From contig RDEW01000040.1 of assembly GCA_011109175.1 (NCBI GenBank), forward strand, positions 248,001 through 281,000: 33,000 bases of DNA. The letters are read 5' to 3'. Positions 21,600 through 33,000 of this stretch are shown piece by piece. The DNA comes from Dicyema japonicum (taxonomy: Eukaryota > Animalia > Dicyemida). Each line of letters starts with the position of its first letter. Positions within the stretch are counted from its first letter, which is position 1. The notes under the pieces were generated by a model that was not told where the DNA came from, ran no database searches, and saw only the letters and a list, made by a program, of their open reading frames with translations. Both the position numbers and the translations under genes were made by a program.

Positions 21600-24190
21600 G
21601 TACCTTCCGTCTTGAATTCTAACAAGAGGTCTGATAAGACGGTCTTTATGGAGGTCGTGGACAATGCTTGTCCCTTTGGATCGAACAACTACAGATTCAG
21701 AGAAATATCCTCGAGGTCATCAGAAATTGTAATGAAGAGCTTACCCTTTGGGTGGAGGACAGCGACCTCCTGGACTACATCCAAGAGATGGCCTTATTCA
21801 CTACGAAGGTCTCTCGAATGTTCAGAAGAGGACAGACGTTGCCAATGGGCAAGGCGTCAATCGGACACAAAGCGAGGGCCACATCGCTAATCCGCTGCGG
21901 CTTTTCATTGGAAAAAACATGGTCACTTGCGAATGGATGAGAAGAGGTCCGTTGATTTGTTATAACTGTCAACAAATCGGACACTTTACATACCAATGCA
22001 AGGAAAAAGAATTGTTTCTACTGTTCCTGGGGACACGACATATCCGAATGCAAGATGGATCCTGGATCGAAAAAAAACTGTGTCAACTGCGGGTCTTCTA
22101 AACACGGGCCAGATATGGAGGATTCCCCGTGATAATAGAAGTTAGACAAATACTTGATACTCGCAAACAATAAAACGAAATAAAGACAGACGAGAGACCA
22201 AAGTTGAATGCAACACGGAATCACCGCTGAAAAAACAGGGTCTTAGAGTCAAAGAAACCGGCTGAGAAAAGTAGAAGAATAGGCCCCGCAATAATAATAA
22301 ATCGGTTTGACTATAACATGCCTGAAAAGATCTCAAAGAATTAGAAAATACAATTTCAAGATTAAAGGAACTCAGTAAAATCCTTGAAGTTGATTTAAAG
22401 AAGATGGTGGACTTGGAAATGAGAGTCAAGACCTAAAAAATTGAGGAGAGGTCTGAAGATAGTGTAGGTGAATGCCTGATCTTACAACACTACTTATGAC
22501 AACCACCGAGATTGACGTCCGGTGGTCAACGAGACCAAAATAAAAAAGACCAATATTACTACAATGGAGGGATACCACTTGGTAGAGATACCATAGGAGG
22601 ACGGAGCCACGGCCGGCACGGGAACCTCTTTCTTCTACCGTGATGACATACAAGTACGGATTCGTGTCCATTGAAATCTCGTCTCGGCCATGGGTGCGAA
22701 TTTGTTTCCATTGAAATACGTTGCTGCAGATCGTGGATAAATATCGGGGGCCTGTATTCGAAGGATATAAGAAGCTGTTCTCCATAGATTAACGAATTCT
22801 TTGAAAGAAATGCAATGTTTATACTGGGGGTGACTTAAATACTAAGAATATGAGTTACGGATGCTACAAAACTAATGGTGACGACGACGGCTGAAAATCT
22901 TGAATGAGAAAGCTGGCCTTGAGGTCAGATGAGCCAAACCATTTCTATCACCATGGTTGAGATATGCTTTGCGTGTTCCTTGTATCACCGCAACTGTATA
23001 CCTATGTAAAGGGACCAAGAACTATGTGGGATATCGGTAGTGAACATATACCACAAGAACTAGTCTTGTGCTAGATGTCATCGAAGATATCTTTATAAAA
23101 GATGATATATCACATGTCGACTAGGAGAACTATCTGGATTATCTTACAGGGAACCTTCAAAGATGGAGGAAGGAACTCATGTCAACAAATGAAATTGAAA
23201 ATATGAACCGGGATCTTAAAAACCTCATAGACATACGATTATGTTTTAAGAAGGCATTCTCCAATGGAAACGGTAAGAAGAGAATTGACATTTTGCCTAT
23301 AACCTTGCAACTGATCAAAGAAAGAAATCGGTTGAGAACGAAGTTAAGACGATGTGTTGCTCGGATAGACCACGTGGTGTTCACAGAACGACTCAGATTA
23401 ACCCAATATAATGGAAGAACTCTACAGTCATAATGATTCTCAAACCAGTAAAGTCGGGGAGGGAACCTCTCAAACTATAGGCCGATCAGCCTTATATGCT
23501 TGTTATCTAAAAGTATTGAGCGAATTATCTTCAAGAGAGTGTGTCGGCAAATAGAAGAGAGCGGTTTCCTCCTCACAGAACAATGGGGCTTCATACCAGG
23601 AAAATCTTGATTTCTCAAGTGCGCATCGGAGGACACGTATCCAAAAATATTTCAATAACGAGAGGCGTTCCGCAGGGGTCTGTCCTAAGCCCATTACTAT
23701 TTAACATATTCATGTCCGACTTCCCAATCCCATCGGATCCGAATTCAAAATTACTAATATATGCAAATGATATCCTGATAACATACATATCTGGCAAGTC
23801 AACCTAATCGGAGAGGAGGCTCAAGAAATTTATTAATCAGGTCCAAGACTGGTGTGACCGGAAAGAAATGAAGCTCTAGACGGAAAAGTAGCAATCCTTA
23901 AGAATCAGCCGTATCAGAATTCACCACAGAAAGCCTTACGCGCTTGGAATACCAAGAGTACGTTTGCTCCGCTACCTGGGTGTTACGATTGATCATGAAG
24001 ACTCATTTCTCGAGTATGTTAAACTGATTACCAAAAAAACCGCACAGACACTCCCCTGTACGCGTAAACTAATCGTCAGCATTGAGACGTTCGGAAATTG
24101 AAGAGATGGGGGACGAGAGAAGTATCCAGGCCGTAAAGGCGGAATATAATAAAAACCTCTAGCTAACTCCTGAGTCAGTTTCTAGTTAAG
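21600..24190 (+). mobile_element. Decayed near-complete two-ORF LINE (Jockey/I-like): ORF1 with zinc knuckles, ORF2 APE-RT
   Basis: ORF1: CYNCQQIGHFTYQC, CFYCSWGHDISEC, CVNCGSSKH. ORF2: VVNETK, EGYHL, ILGDLN, DIGSEHIP, YRPISLICLLSKSIERII, QWGF, GVPQGSVLSPLLFNIFM, IYAND. Many stops and indels; the 5' limit is unclear and may reach ~20500. Confidence 0.85.
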
Positions 24191-24499
24191 TCGTTGCTGT
24201 AATTAATATTAACTTTTTATTTTTATAAACCACATATTAACAATACACTTGATATATATATTTTTTTAACAAGAGAATTTATTTTTAAAATTATAAATAA
24301 TTAGGACGACAGAATGGCGAAGGCGTTACCTCTGATAATCGCCATTTCGAACCTCTGTCTCAACCAGAGCCTCTCCCGTGACTCACACCTTTTTGATTTT
24401 TATTATCTTTATTATTAAAGCACCTTCACGAAAAACCACAATGTTTATAGCCCCGCACTACTTGCGAATACAAGACTATCTGTGAGGACAAAAGGAGTA

Positions 24500-24725
24500 A
24501 CTTCCCGCCGTTTAAAAACAACGATTGGGACACCCCAGGGTGATTCCCTCTCCCCTTTACTATTCACCATATACCTTGAATCCGCGGACGACCTAGATCA
24601 ACACTTCCGACTGCTTTAAACAAACATCTAAATCGTGTGAGAAAAAATCTAAAGACGGGGGACGACCTGTACGAATTGATATCACTAGCATTCGACAGAG
24701 GAAAATGGAAAAGATTAACTATAAA
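24500..24725 (+). mobile_element. Internally deleted RT remnant, possibly RTE-like
   Basis: GTPQGDSLSPLLFTIYLE at ~24528-24581, followed closely by a C-terminal-like LAFDRGKWKRL. Confidence 0.55.
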
Positions 24726-24856
24726 TATTGTTTCTATGAGTGTTGCACATGCGGAGCTATAAACACTATGGATTTCGTAAAAGTGCTTTAATAATAATAA
24801 TAATAAAGATACTAAAAAAATTATTAATTTAATTTAAATAAAACACGTTTAGTTAT

Positions 24857-26500
24857 ATGCATTACTTAACTGAGGTTGGATCAACGGATAACAAAATGTA
24901 ATCCAAGTATATTTACTTAGTCCATGCTATAACTGTGGAGATTTGATAGTCAGAAACCAGCAAAGTATCTGTGTAACTTGCCTTCGTTCAACAGTCGATT
25001 TAAAGACTGGAATTAACCGCCAGTACGATCTCCACATGTGTGGTCACTGCGAACGGTAAGGAAAAATGATAATTTCAGATTCTGCGTGCCACCAGGAAAA
25101 TATGTCCAAGCCTCACTAGAATCGGCTGAACTCCTCCGTATCTGCCTATCAAAAATTGGCCAGTTTAAATCCTCAAGGCTAGTTGATGCCAGTTTCATTT
25201 GGACCGAGCCTCATTCTAAGCGAGTGAAGGTCAGATTGGTGGTGGAAAAGGAAGTTGTCAAATATCTAAATTTTTGTAGATAAGCGGAGTGTTTCTGCAG
25301 CAGACATTCTCCGTGGATTTCGTTATCTGCAGTCGAATGTGTGGGGACTGTCATAAGGTGGAGGCTGACAATTTCTGGTCTGCTGTCGTGCAAGTGAGAC
25401 AGAGAAGTTCTTGCAGAAAAGCGTTGCTCCATTTAGAACAGGGGATCATAAAATACAACCTCCGTGTGATTGGGATTCGCAAACACCGAGGTAAATACAT
25501 TATAATATCTCAGATGGCTTTGATTTATACAATTCCAACAGGAATGACTCCGAAAAGCTTGCCAGCTTCGTTTCATCCTTCCTCCCTCCAAAGTCTCGCA
25601 TTCCAAGCAGTTGAAATCCCAAGATGTTCAGAACAGCAGAGCCTTTTTCCACTTCACCACGTTGATAGAGATTGTTCCCATTAACAAACACTCACTTTTG
25701 TGTCTCCCCTCTTCGTTGGGTATTCCAGCACGGTTTTGCCTATGTATGTCAGTTTCACGGGCAATTCGCATTGTGGACCCAACTGAATGTCAGACATATG
25801 TGATTAATTCTACTGAGTACTGGCGGTACCCGTTTCATCCTCTGTTAAATCCTGATGCCCTTCAGATATACCATGTGGTCGATATCTCGTTTGATGACCC
25901 CTCTTATTCGCGATCTAACGGACTCGCACATTGTTGGGTTCTCCCAGAAGGTTCGACTGATTACGAAAACGGACAGGTTTATGCCAAGACTCATCTCGGG
26001 AACATTCTCAAGCCGGGGGATATGGTTTTGGGGTTATTTTAGTTCTTTATTTTAGGTATAATCTGGCTAACTGTAATGTGAATAATCCTGAGTTTGAGGC
26101 TCTCCAGAACTCGAGATACAAGGAAACAATCCCCACCGTGGTTGAATTTTTGTTCTCAACAGATTTTGGTGAAGAAATTTTATAGGAAGTTCAGGAAGCA
26201 GAGAAAGAGGAATTGGAAGCTGAGAAGACTGGCTGATGAGACGGAGGTGCTTGAGGAGGAGTCTCAGCAATCAGTCGAGCAGACCGAGAATCGGTTATTT
26301 CGCTTCTATATTTTTAGTGATTATGACAACTTTTTGGATGATTTGGAGGAAGATCCTTTGTTGAGGATCGATGTTAATATTTATAAGGGTTTTTTGGGTT
26401 TTTATGTGTAGATCTAGAAAATTTACATATATGTGAAACTGAGGATGATGATTCACCGGTTATCCAGTTAAGTGAGATGTTCTCACATATGGATATATAA
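24857..26500 (+). CDS. NMD3: 60S ribosomal export protein NMD3; one base is missing at ~25601 in this sequence
   Basis: PCYNCG..ICVTCLRSTVD, CGHCER, LVDASFIWTEPHSKRVKV, MCGDCH, WSAVVQVRQR, IEIVP, KTHLGNILKPGDMVLG, RNWKL, DDLEED. Introns are 22-26 nt. Confidence 0.95.
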
Positions 26501-26510
26501 CTTTTTTATT

Positions 26511-26610
26511 ATTAATTTTTGTTTTAAAATTGATTATTTTAATTATTTTATTGGTTAATTATTAATTTTTGTTTTAAAATTGATTATTTTAATTATTTTA
26601 TTGGTTAATT
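26511..26610. repeat. Perfect 2 x 50-nt AT-rich tandem repeat just after the NMD3 stop
   Basis: attaatttttgttttaaaattgattattttaattattttattggttaatt occurs twice. The second duplication unit has only a single, shorter version. Confidence 0.9.
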
Positions 26611-27399
26611 TTCTGGAAAACTTCTCATTGAGCACATTTCTTTGCAAATCGTCAGGGGAAATTCTTTTTCAATTTTGATAGCAGCCAGTGTTGTTAGGTT
26701 TATTAGACCAGAAAAACCACCTCCATACTCAGAATGAAAAAATTCAGGTGATCCCTCCTCCTCCAGTAGTCTTCGCATACTCAGACTTGAAGGAAATGCC
26801 ATCAGGAGGAACTCCTCTGTATGTTTGTTAACTGATTGTATTTGTTAATAATTTTTTTGAATATTAAGCTTATTCAGATATTAATGCTCATATCTTCAAG
26901 AAAGATATTGTCGTGTGGTCCCATGTAGATAGATTAGTTGTTAACTCTTAATCGGTCGTGTGGTCTCATGTAGATATTTGATTAAAGATTTCTCTTTTTC
27001 TGGTGACGTAATTAGATCCACTTTACTTAGATGCCATTCAAGGATATATATCTCATGAAAGTTGGTATTTTTAGGACACATATCAATCCTTTGGTGTTAA
27101 AGCTTCCAAGGGACAGTATATAGAATATTAGTGATACTTATAGCTCCGCATCAGTAAGAAATACACTTTTTGTTTAGAGTAGCCAAATAATCGTCTAAAA
27201 AGGCAAACATGTTCTTAACTTGTGAGGGACTCGTCTGTATACAATCCTGTTGCACAGTGAAGTATCACTGATAATCGCGTAAATTGTCAGCCAAGAATCA
27301 TCGCGTAAAACATTAAGGAGGAATGGACAGCAGCGAGATTTTGTCCGGTACTTATGATACTGTATCGTTCTGACTGAAGGAGCCACTCATGTACGATGA

Positions 27400-28455
27400 C
27401 AGATATTTATGTTTATCCCTGGTCACTTTGAATGAAGGTAACCAGTGGCTAACAAAAAGTCACAACCAAAAGTGGACGATCCAAGAAATCCGTTAGGTGT
27501 ATCTGATGCTGTAAAGATCTCAGAGGTGGACCCGGAAAAGAGAAGTACTCTGGTAAAGTGAAGAGGAGGAAGGCAGGCTAAGTAAAGTGGAGAGGACGAT
27601 TGTCCTATTCTGTTCTGGTGACCAGAACGGAGGCACACAAAGTGGACACAAACTTCCTGCAGTAGGAAATCTTTGCTTCCGTCATATTCAGTAAAGACGT
27701 TTCAGAAGCTTGTTGGTACCAAGGTTTCTGATGGCATTTTTGGAAACCCAGTCGTGGGTCGTTTTTTAGGTGTGAATAAAGGATTCAGAATCCGAAATTT
27801 GTCACCGAAGGTAAGTATGATTCTACTTTTGTTTGTGAAAACCCAAACCCAGTTAGCTGATGACCGTCGTTTTACACTAGTCAAGAAATTGTAGACTGAG
27901 GATCGTGAAATAATCCTAGGGTCCGATCTCAGGGAACGTACGATGTTGCGTTAGACAAGTGATAATTATTCTTAGAGCAGATTTTTGAGTCATTTGTATT
28001 TTTCGAGGTTTGTTTTGATAAACAGGACCCCAGACAGAAACAGCATAGATCATAGTTATTCTGATATAGATAATCGACAAGCTATGGTCTGGACTAAATT
28101 GACTTCTGAGAATTTTCGTATTCACACGAGTCGTGCTTTGAAAATGTTAATGAAGTATCAAACATCACATAAAGTATTTTAGGATTTTTTTATCATAGTA
28201 AGAAGAGAGTTTGTTAGGAACAAAGTTGGTTCCAGGTTGAACTGACGAATCAGCAATAAAAGGCGATGACTTTTCCGTAAAGGGTTGAGGAGATCTTGGT
28301 CCAAACATGAGGAAATTTGACAATATGTTCTTACAGTAGTTTGAAATCTGGGAGCGGTAGCTTGACGCTCGTAACCACCACTAATAAACTATTTGGGAGT
28401 TATTTGATGAGGAAAATAAGGTGGCAATGTTCATTACAAATTTAGGCAGTTTTCT
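27400..28455 (-). mobile_element. Decayed LINE post-RT region (duplicated at ~29870-30990)
   Basis: IIYIRITMIYAVSVWGP..KIQMTQKSALRII resembles the Jockey/I post-RT motif. In the second copy an ADDL motif lies at ~30915-30926. A related stretch lies at ~17200-17300. Confidence 0.6.
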
Positions 28456-28456
28456 N

Positions 28457-29043
28457 CGATCTAACGGACTCGCACATTGTTGGGTTCTCCAGAAGGTTCG
28501 ACTGATTACGAAAACGGACAGGTTTATGCCAAGACTCATCTCGGGAACATTCTCAAGCCGGGGGATATGGTTTTGGGGTTATTTTAGTTCTTTATTTTAG
28601 GTATAATCTGGCTAACTGTAATGTGAATAATCCTGAGTTTGAGGCTCTCCAGAACTCGAGATACAAGGAAACAATCCCACCGTGGTGAATTTTTTGTTCT
28701 CAACAGATTTTGGTGAAGAAGTTTTATAGGAAGTTCAGGAAGCAGAGAAAGAGGAATTGGAAGCTGAGAAGACTGGCTGATGAGACGGAGGTGCTTGAGG
28801 AGGAGTCTCAGCAATCAGTCGAGCAGACCGAGAATCGGTTATTTCGCTTCTATATTTTTAGTGATTATGACAACTTTTTTGGATGATTTGGAGGAAGATC
28901 CTTTGTTGAGGATCGATGTTAATATTTATAAGGGTTTTTGGGTTTTTATGTGTAGATCTAGAAAATTTACATATATGTGAAACTGAGGATGATGATTCAC
29001 CGGTTATCCAGTTAAGTGAGATGTTCTCACATATGGATATATA
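28457..29043 (+). pseudogene. NMD3: Second, 5'-less copy of the NMD3 3' end (probably an assembly or haplotype duplicate)
   Basis: Near-identical to 25911-26500; the differences are mainly homopolymer lengths. Confidence 0.6.
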
Positions 29044-31118
29044 AACTTTTTTATTATTAATTTTTGTTTTAAAATTGATTATTTTATTTGTTAATTTTCT
29101 GGAAAATTTCTCATTGAGCACATTTCCTTGCAAATCGTCAGGGGAAATTCTTTTCAATTTTGAGAGCAGCCAATGTTGTTAGGTTTATTAGACCAGAAAA
29201 ACCACCTCCATACTCAGAATGAAAAAATTCAGGCGATCCCACCTTTTCCAGTAGTCTTCGCATACTCAGACTTGAAGGAAATGCCATCAGGGGGAACTTC
29301 TTCTGTATGTTTGTTAACTGATTGTATTTGTTAATAAATTTTTTTGAATATTAAGCTTATTCAGATATTAATACTCATATCTTCAAGAAAGATATTGTCC
29401 GTGTGGCCCATGTAGATATTTGATTAAAGATTTCTCTTTTTCTTTGGTGACGTAATTAGATCCACCTTACTTAGATGCCATTCAAAAAAATATATATCTC
29501 ATGAAAGTTGGTATTTTTAAGGTTACATATCAATCCTCTGTTGTTAAAGCTTCCAAGGGACAGTATATATAATATTAGTGATACTTTATAACTCCGCATC
29601 AGTAAGAAATACACTTTTTGTTTAGAATAGCCAAATAATCGTTTAAAAAGGTAAATACATGTTCTTAACTTGTAAGGGACTCGCCTGTAGACAATCCTGT
29701 TGCACAGTGAAGTATCACTGATAATCGCGTAAATTGTCAGCCAAGAATCATCGCGTAAATCATTAAGCAGGATGGACAGCAGCGAGATTTTGTCCGGCAC
29801 TTATGATACTGTATCGTTCTGACTGAAGGAGCCACTCATGTACGATGACAGATATTATTTATGTTTATCCCCGGTCACTTTGAATGAAGGTAACCAGTGG
29901 CTAACAAAAAAGTCACAACCAAAAGTGGACGATCCAAGCAATCCGTTAGGTGTATTTTGATGCTGCACAGATCTCAGAGGTGGACCCGAAAAGAGAAGTA
30001 CTCTGGTAAAGTGGAGAGGACGATTGTCCTATTCTGTTCTGGTGACCAGAACGGAGGCACACAAAGTGGACACAAACTTCCTGCAGTAGGAAATCTTGCT
30101 TCCGTCATATTCAGTAAAGACGTTTCAAAGCTTTGTTGGTACCAAGGTTTCTGATGGCATTTTTGGAAACCCAGTCGTGGGTCGTTTTTTAGGTGTGAAT
30201 AAAGGATTCAGAATCCGAAATTTGTCACCGAAGGTAAGTATGATTCTACTTTTGTTTGTGAAAACCCAAACCCAGTTAGCTGATGACCGTCGTTTTACAC
30301 TAGTCAAGAAATTGTAGACTGAGGATCGTGAAATAATCCTAGGGTCCGATCTCAGGGAACGTACGATGTGGCGTTAGACAAGTGATAATTATTCTTAGAG
30401 CAGATTTTTGAGTCATTTGTATTTTTCGAGGTTTGTTTTGATAAACAGGACCCCAGACAGGAACAGCATAGATCATAGTTATTCTGATATAGATAATCGA
30501 CAAGCTATGGTCTGGACTAAATTGACTTCTAAGAATTTTCGCATTCACACGAGTCGTGTTTTGAAAATGTTAATGAAGTATCAAACATCACACAAAGTAT
30601 TTTAGGATTTTTTTATCATAGTAAGAAGAGAGTTTGTTAGGAACAAAGTTGGTTCCAGGTTGAACTGACGAAGCAGTAATAAAAGGCGATGACTTTTCCG
30701 TAAAGGGTTGAGGAGATCTTGGTCCAAACATGAGGAAATTTGACAATATGTTATTACAGTAGTTTGAAATCTGGGAGCGGTAGCTTGACGCTCGTAACCA
30801 CCACTAATAAACTATTTGGGAGTTGTTTGGTGAGGAAAATAAGGTGGCAATGTTCATTACAAATTTAGGCAGTTTTCTCCACAAGGTCTCTCAGGTGCTC
30901 AAGATCATCTGCCGACGTCGAACCCTTTCCCAATCGAAGTTAGGTCTTGATGTAGAGGGTTGGTAGAGTAATTCGTGGTCTTCCCCGGAAAGTCGATCCC
31001 GGGTAAAAAGCATGATTATAAAATTTTAAATGTTACAAAAATTAAATTATTAATGATAAAAAAACTTTAAATTTAAAAATAACATAAAATTACTTTTAAC
31101 TTCAATCACAAATTTGTT

Positions 31119-32845
31119 ATGCTTCTTGTGGAGGAGTTGATTTGCCAATTCACTCAAAGATATTATGGAAATGATGCAAGAAGTGTGTTAGAAACTATTC
31201 TGACCAGGCAGAACATACGTAAAGCAGAATTAATTCGAAAATTAAAGAAGTTTTCACAGGATCATATAAATTTGATCATTTGTATTCTCTTACAATACAA
31301 GCTGGTTTACATTTCGGAAGATGAGACATTCTTCGTCCCTCTGACTTCCTTATTATTCCGGGATTTGTCTCAAAGGGCATGGACTCAGATGATTCTGATA
31401 GATTCCAGTTTCACCAAGCTAGAAATACGGACTTCTATGGCATCCGTTTTACTTGCTAATGGACCGATGAGTCCCGTCGAGATTTTGGAGAAAACCTTTA
31501 AATTTGTTAAGGACCAAGCAAAGAAGTCTTTTATTTGCGACCAGCTTACATATCTTGCTAAAACTGGACTCGTTGGATGTCAAGGAAAGTCAGATTTCGA
31601 CCAATTTCAGCTGCGAGCTGCATTTTTCAACAAAAGACAGAAAAATCCTTCATTTTTTGGATCCTTGTATGAAAGCAATCTAAGGGAACTGCAGTGTGCA
31701 ATCAACCTGTTCATGCGTGACTCCCACGGAGAATTGAAACCCGACATAGACCACTCCGACGTTGAAAAGGTCTCTATTGTTTGCTTATATTAGAAATCAC
31801 TCGACTCGCTATGGACTGTCAACTCCCAGTTTGTAAACACGTTGGTCTGTCTCGATTCTATCCACAAATATATCTCTTACGAAATCTCTTCGGTATTAGT
31901 ACGATTAAGTCTAGACTTCCGCTGACGCTATGAAGTGCCTGATCTTGGCTTCTTTATGCCAGTCGAATGACTCCTTGTTTGACTACAAAATGAAAAAAGT
32001 GGGGATGACTCAGATCCTGAGGATTTCGAACGATATTTACGGTCTCAACTATTTTCCCAATAAGAACGCCTTGCAGAGAGCCTTTGACGGACTCACTCAG
32101 ATACCCGTATTATGTTGTTTTATATTAAAGTACAAATATGTTGTGGCTGACTATGTGAATGATGTTTACATTCCTGGTTTGTTGTTGGCTGTATTTGTAG
32201 AGATTGAGAGACTGCTGACAGATATGACCCAAAATATTTGTTCGAGTCTAGTGGGGATGAGAATCTCTAGGCAAGCAAAGGATTTCTTTGATGCTCTAAG
32301 TCGATGCCCATGTAAGCTCTATTCTCAGCAGTTGTTGGAGGAAATACTAAATCTTGATGATAATAAAATTACTAGAGAACTGATGTTCTTGTTCAGAGAA
32401 GGACTCATCACCCTCAGAGTTAGGATTTTGTAACATTTGCAGAAAGACCCTTCAGAATCCCCATTGGATGCTGGGAATTGTCTTTTTATGGTGAATTTAG
32501 AGTGTAGCACACGTGGCTGTATTCAGATATTGCTGGATTATCTAAAATTCCTTCTAAGCGAGAGAAAACGATTTATTGATAGCGTCAAGATTTCGAAGGA
32601 TAAATATGATCTTGTTGTATCTCTGCAAACTCAGATGATCGTGGAAAACCCCTCTGAGGATCAATTTTTGGACTACATGCCTCCAGAGGACATGGACAGA
32701 CTGGAAAGGGGGAGAGAAATACTAAACAAGTTCTGATTTTATGTAGTTCAGAATGACTTGTATGGAATTATCATTGGTCGCCAATTTTGTCGATATTGGG
32801 GGAGTATTTGGAAATGTGTGCTTTGAGGAGGTACTATTCCTGTGA
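31119..32845 (+). CDS. POLR3C: RNA polymerase III subunit RPC3 (RPC62)
   Basis: The N-terminus (LICQFTQRYYG...INLIICILLQYKLV) matches the RPC3 HTH region. Further matches: LWTVN, TSADAMKCL, LFMVNL, YMPPEDMDRLE...LNK. Introns include 31770-31793. The C-terminal exon is tentative. Confidence 0.8.
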
Positions 32846-33000
32846 TAATGTTGTCGAACAGCTTAATAAGATTACTGTTGATATTTTTTTTATTTTTTGT
32901 TTTTTAGCATTATTTATTCAAAAAACATCAAAGTAGTAATAATGGCAGCCAAGATATTTTAAATGTTACCCTTCGATATCATCCCCCATTCAATCTTAAA

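Larger units (their letters stand above)
25911..30878 (+). repeat. Tandem ~2.5-kb duplication (25911-28455 and 28457-30878) joined at a single N
   Basis: Both units begin cgatctaacggactcgcac and end caaatttaggcagttttct; the N is at 28456. Confidence 0.95.

Noticed and set aside
28457-29043. Functional NMD3 paralogue
   Set aside because: It lacks the 5' two-thirds, begins at an N and differs mostly by homopolymer indels.
5126-31793. Rule that all 3n-length introns contain an in-frame stop (NMD safeguard)
   Set aside because: It holds for several (ISCU x3, 12897-12926, 31770-31793, 5353-5406), but 5126-5149 and 26294-26317 are stop-free. Phase-0 TAG acceptors give stops trivially, and the sample is too small.
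1-33000. CRISPR arrays, rRNA, tRNA or prokaryotic operons
   Set aside because: No regularly spaced repeats or RNA-gene folds were seen, and the gene structure is spliceosomal.

Overview
AT-rich eukaryotic, almost certainly animal, DNA from a very compact genome whose genes are split by ultra-short spliceosomal introns (mostly 22-30 nt). This style is known from dicyemids and some myxozoans; the taxon is inferred, not shown. Manual splicing recovers seven conserved genes: CELF/Bruno RNA-binding protein (+), DCST1/2 (SPE-42/Sneaky) gamete-fusion protein (-), DPP8/9 peptidase (+), mitochondrial EF-Ts (-), ISCU (+), NMD3 (+) and POLR3C/RPC3 (+). There is also one hypothetical gene at the left edge. 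Intergenic space holds retroelement and transposon debris: several APE-RT LINE copies, an RLE-type retrotransposon 3' end, a pogo/Tigger DDE remnant and a three-copy LTR/TIR-like repeat. Main observations: (1) a 1.8-kb antisense LINE with a target-site duplication sits inside a DPP8/9 coding exon; (2) the three-copy repeat lies upstream of three unrelated genes and points the same end at each; (3) splice donors are reduced to little more than GT, with one GC-AG micro-intron; (4) the CELF gene has an unusually long UG-rich intron. Caveats: single-base losses in homopolymers break otherwise intact essential genes, and a 2.5-kb tandem duplication starts exactly at an N, so assembly error is evident. 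No CRISPR, rRNA or tRNA was found.
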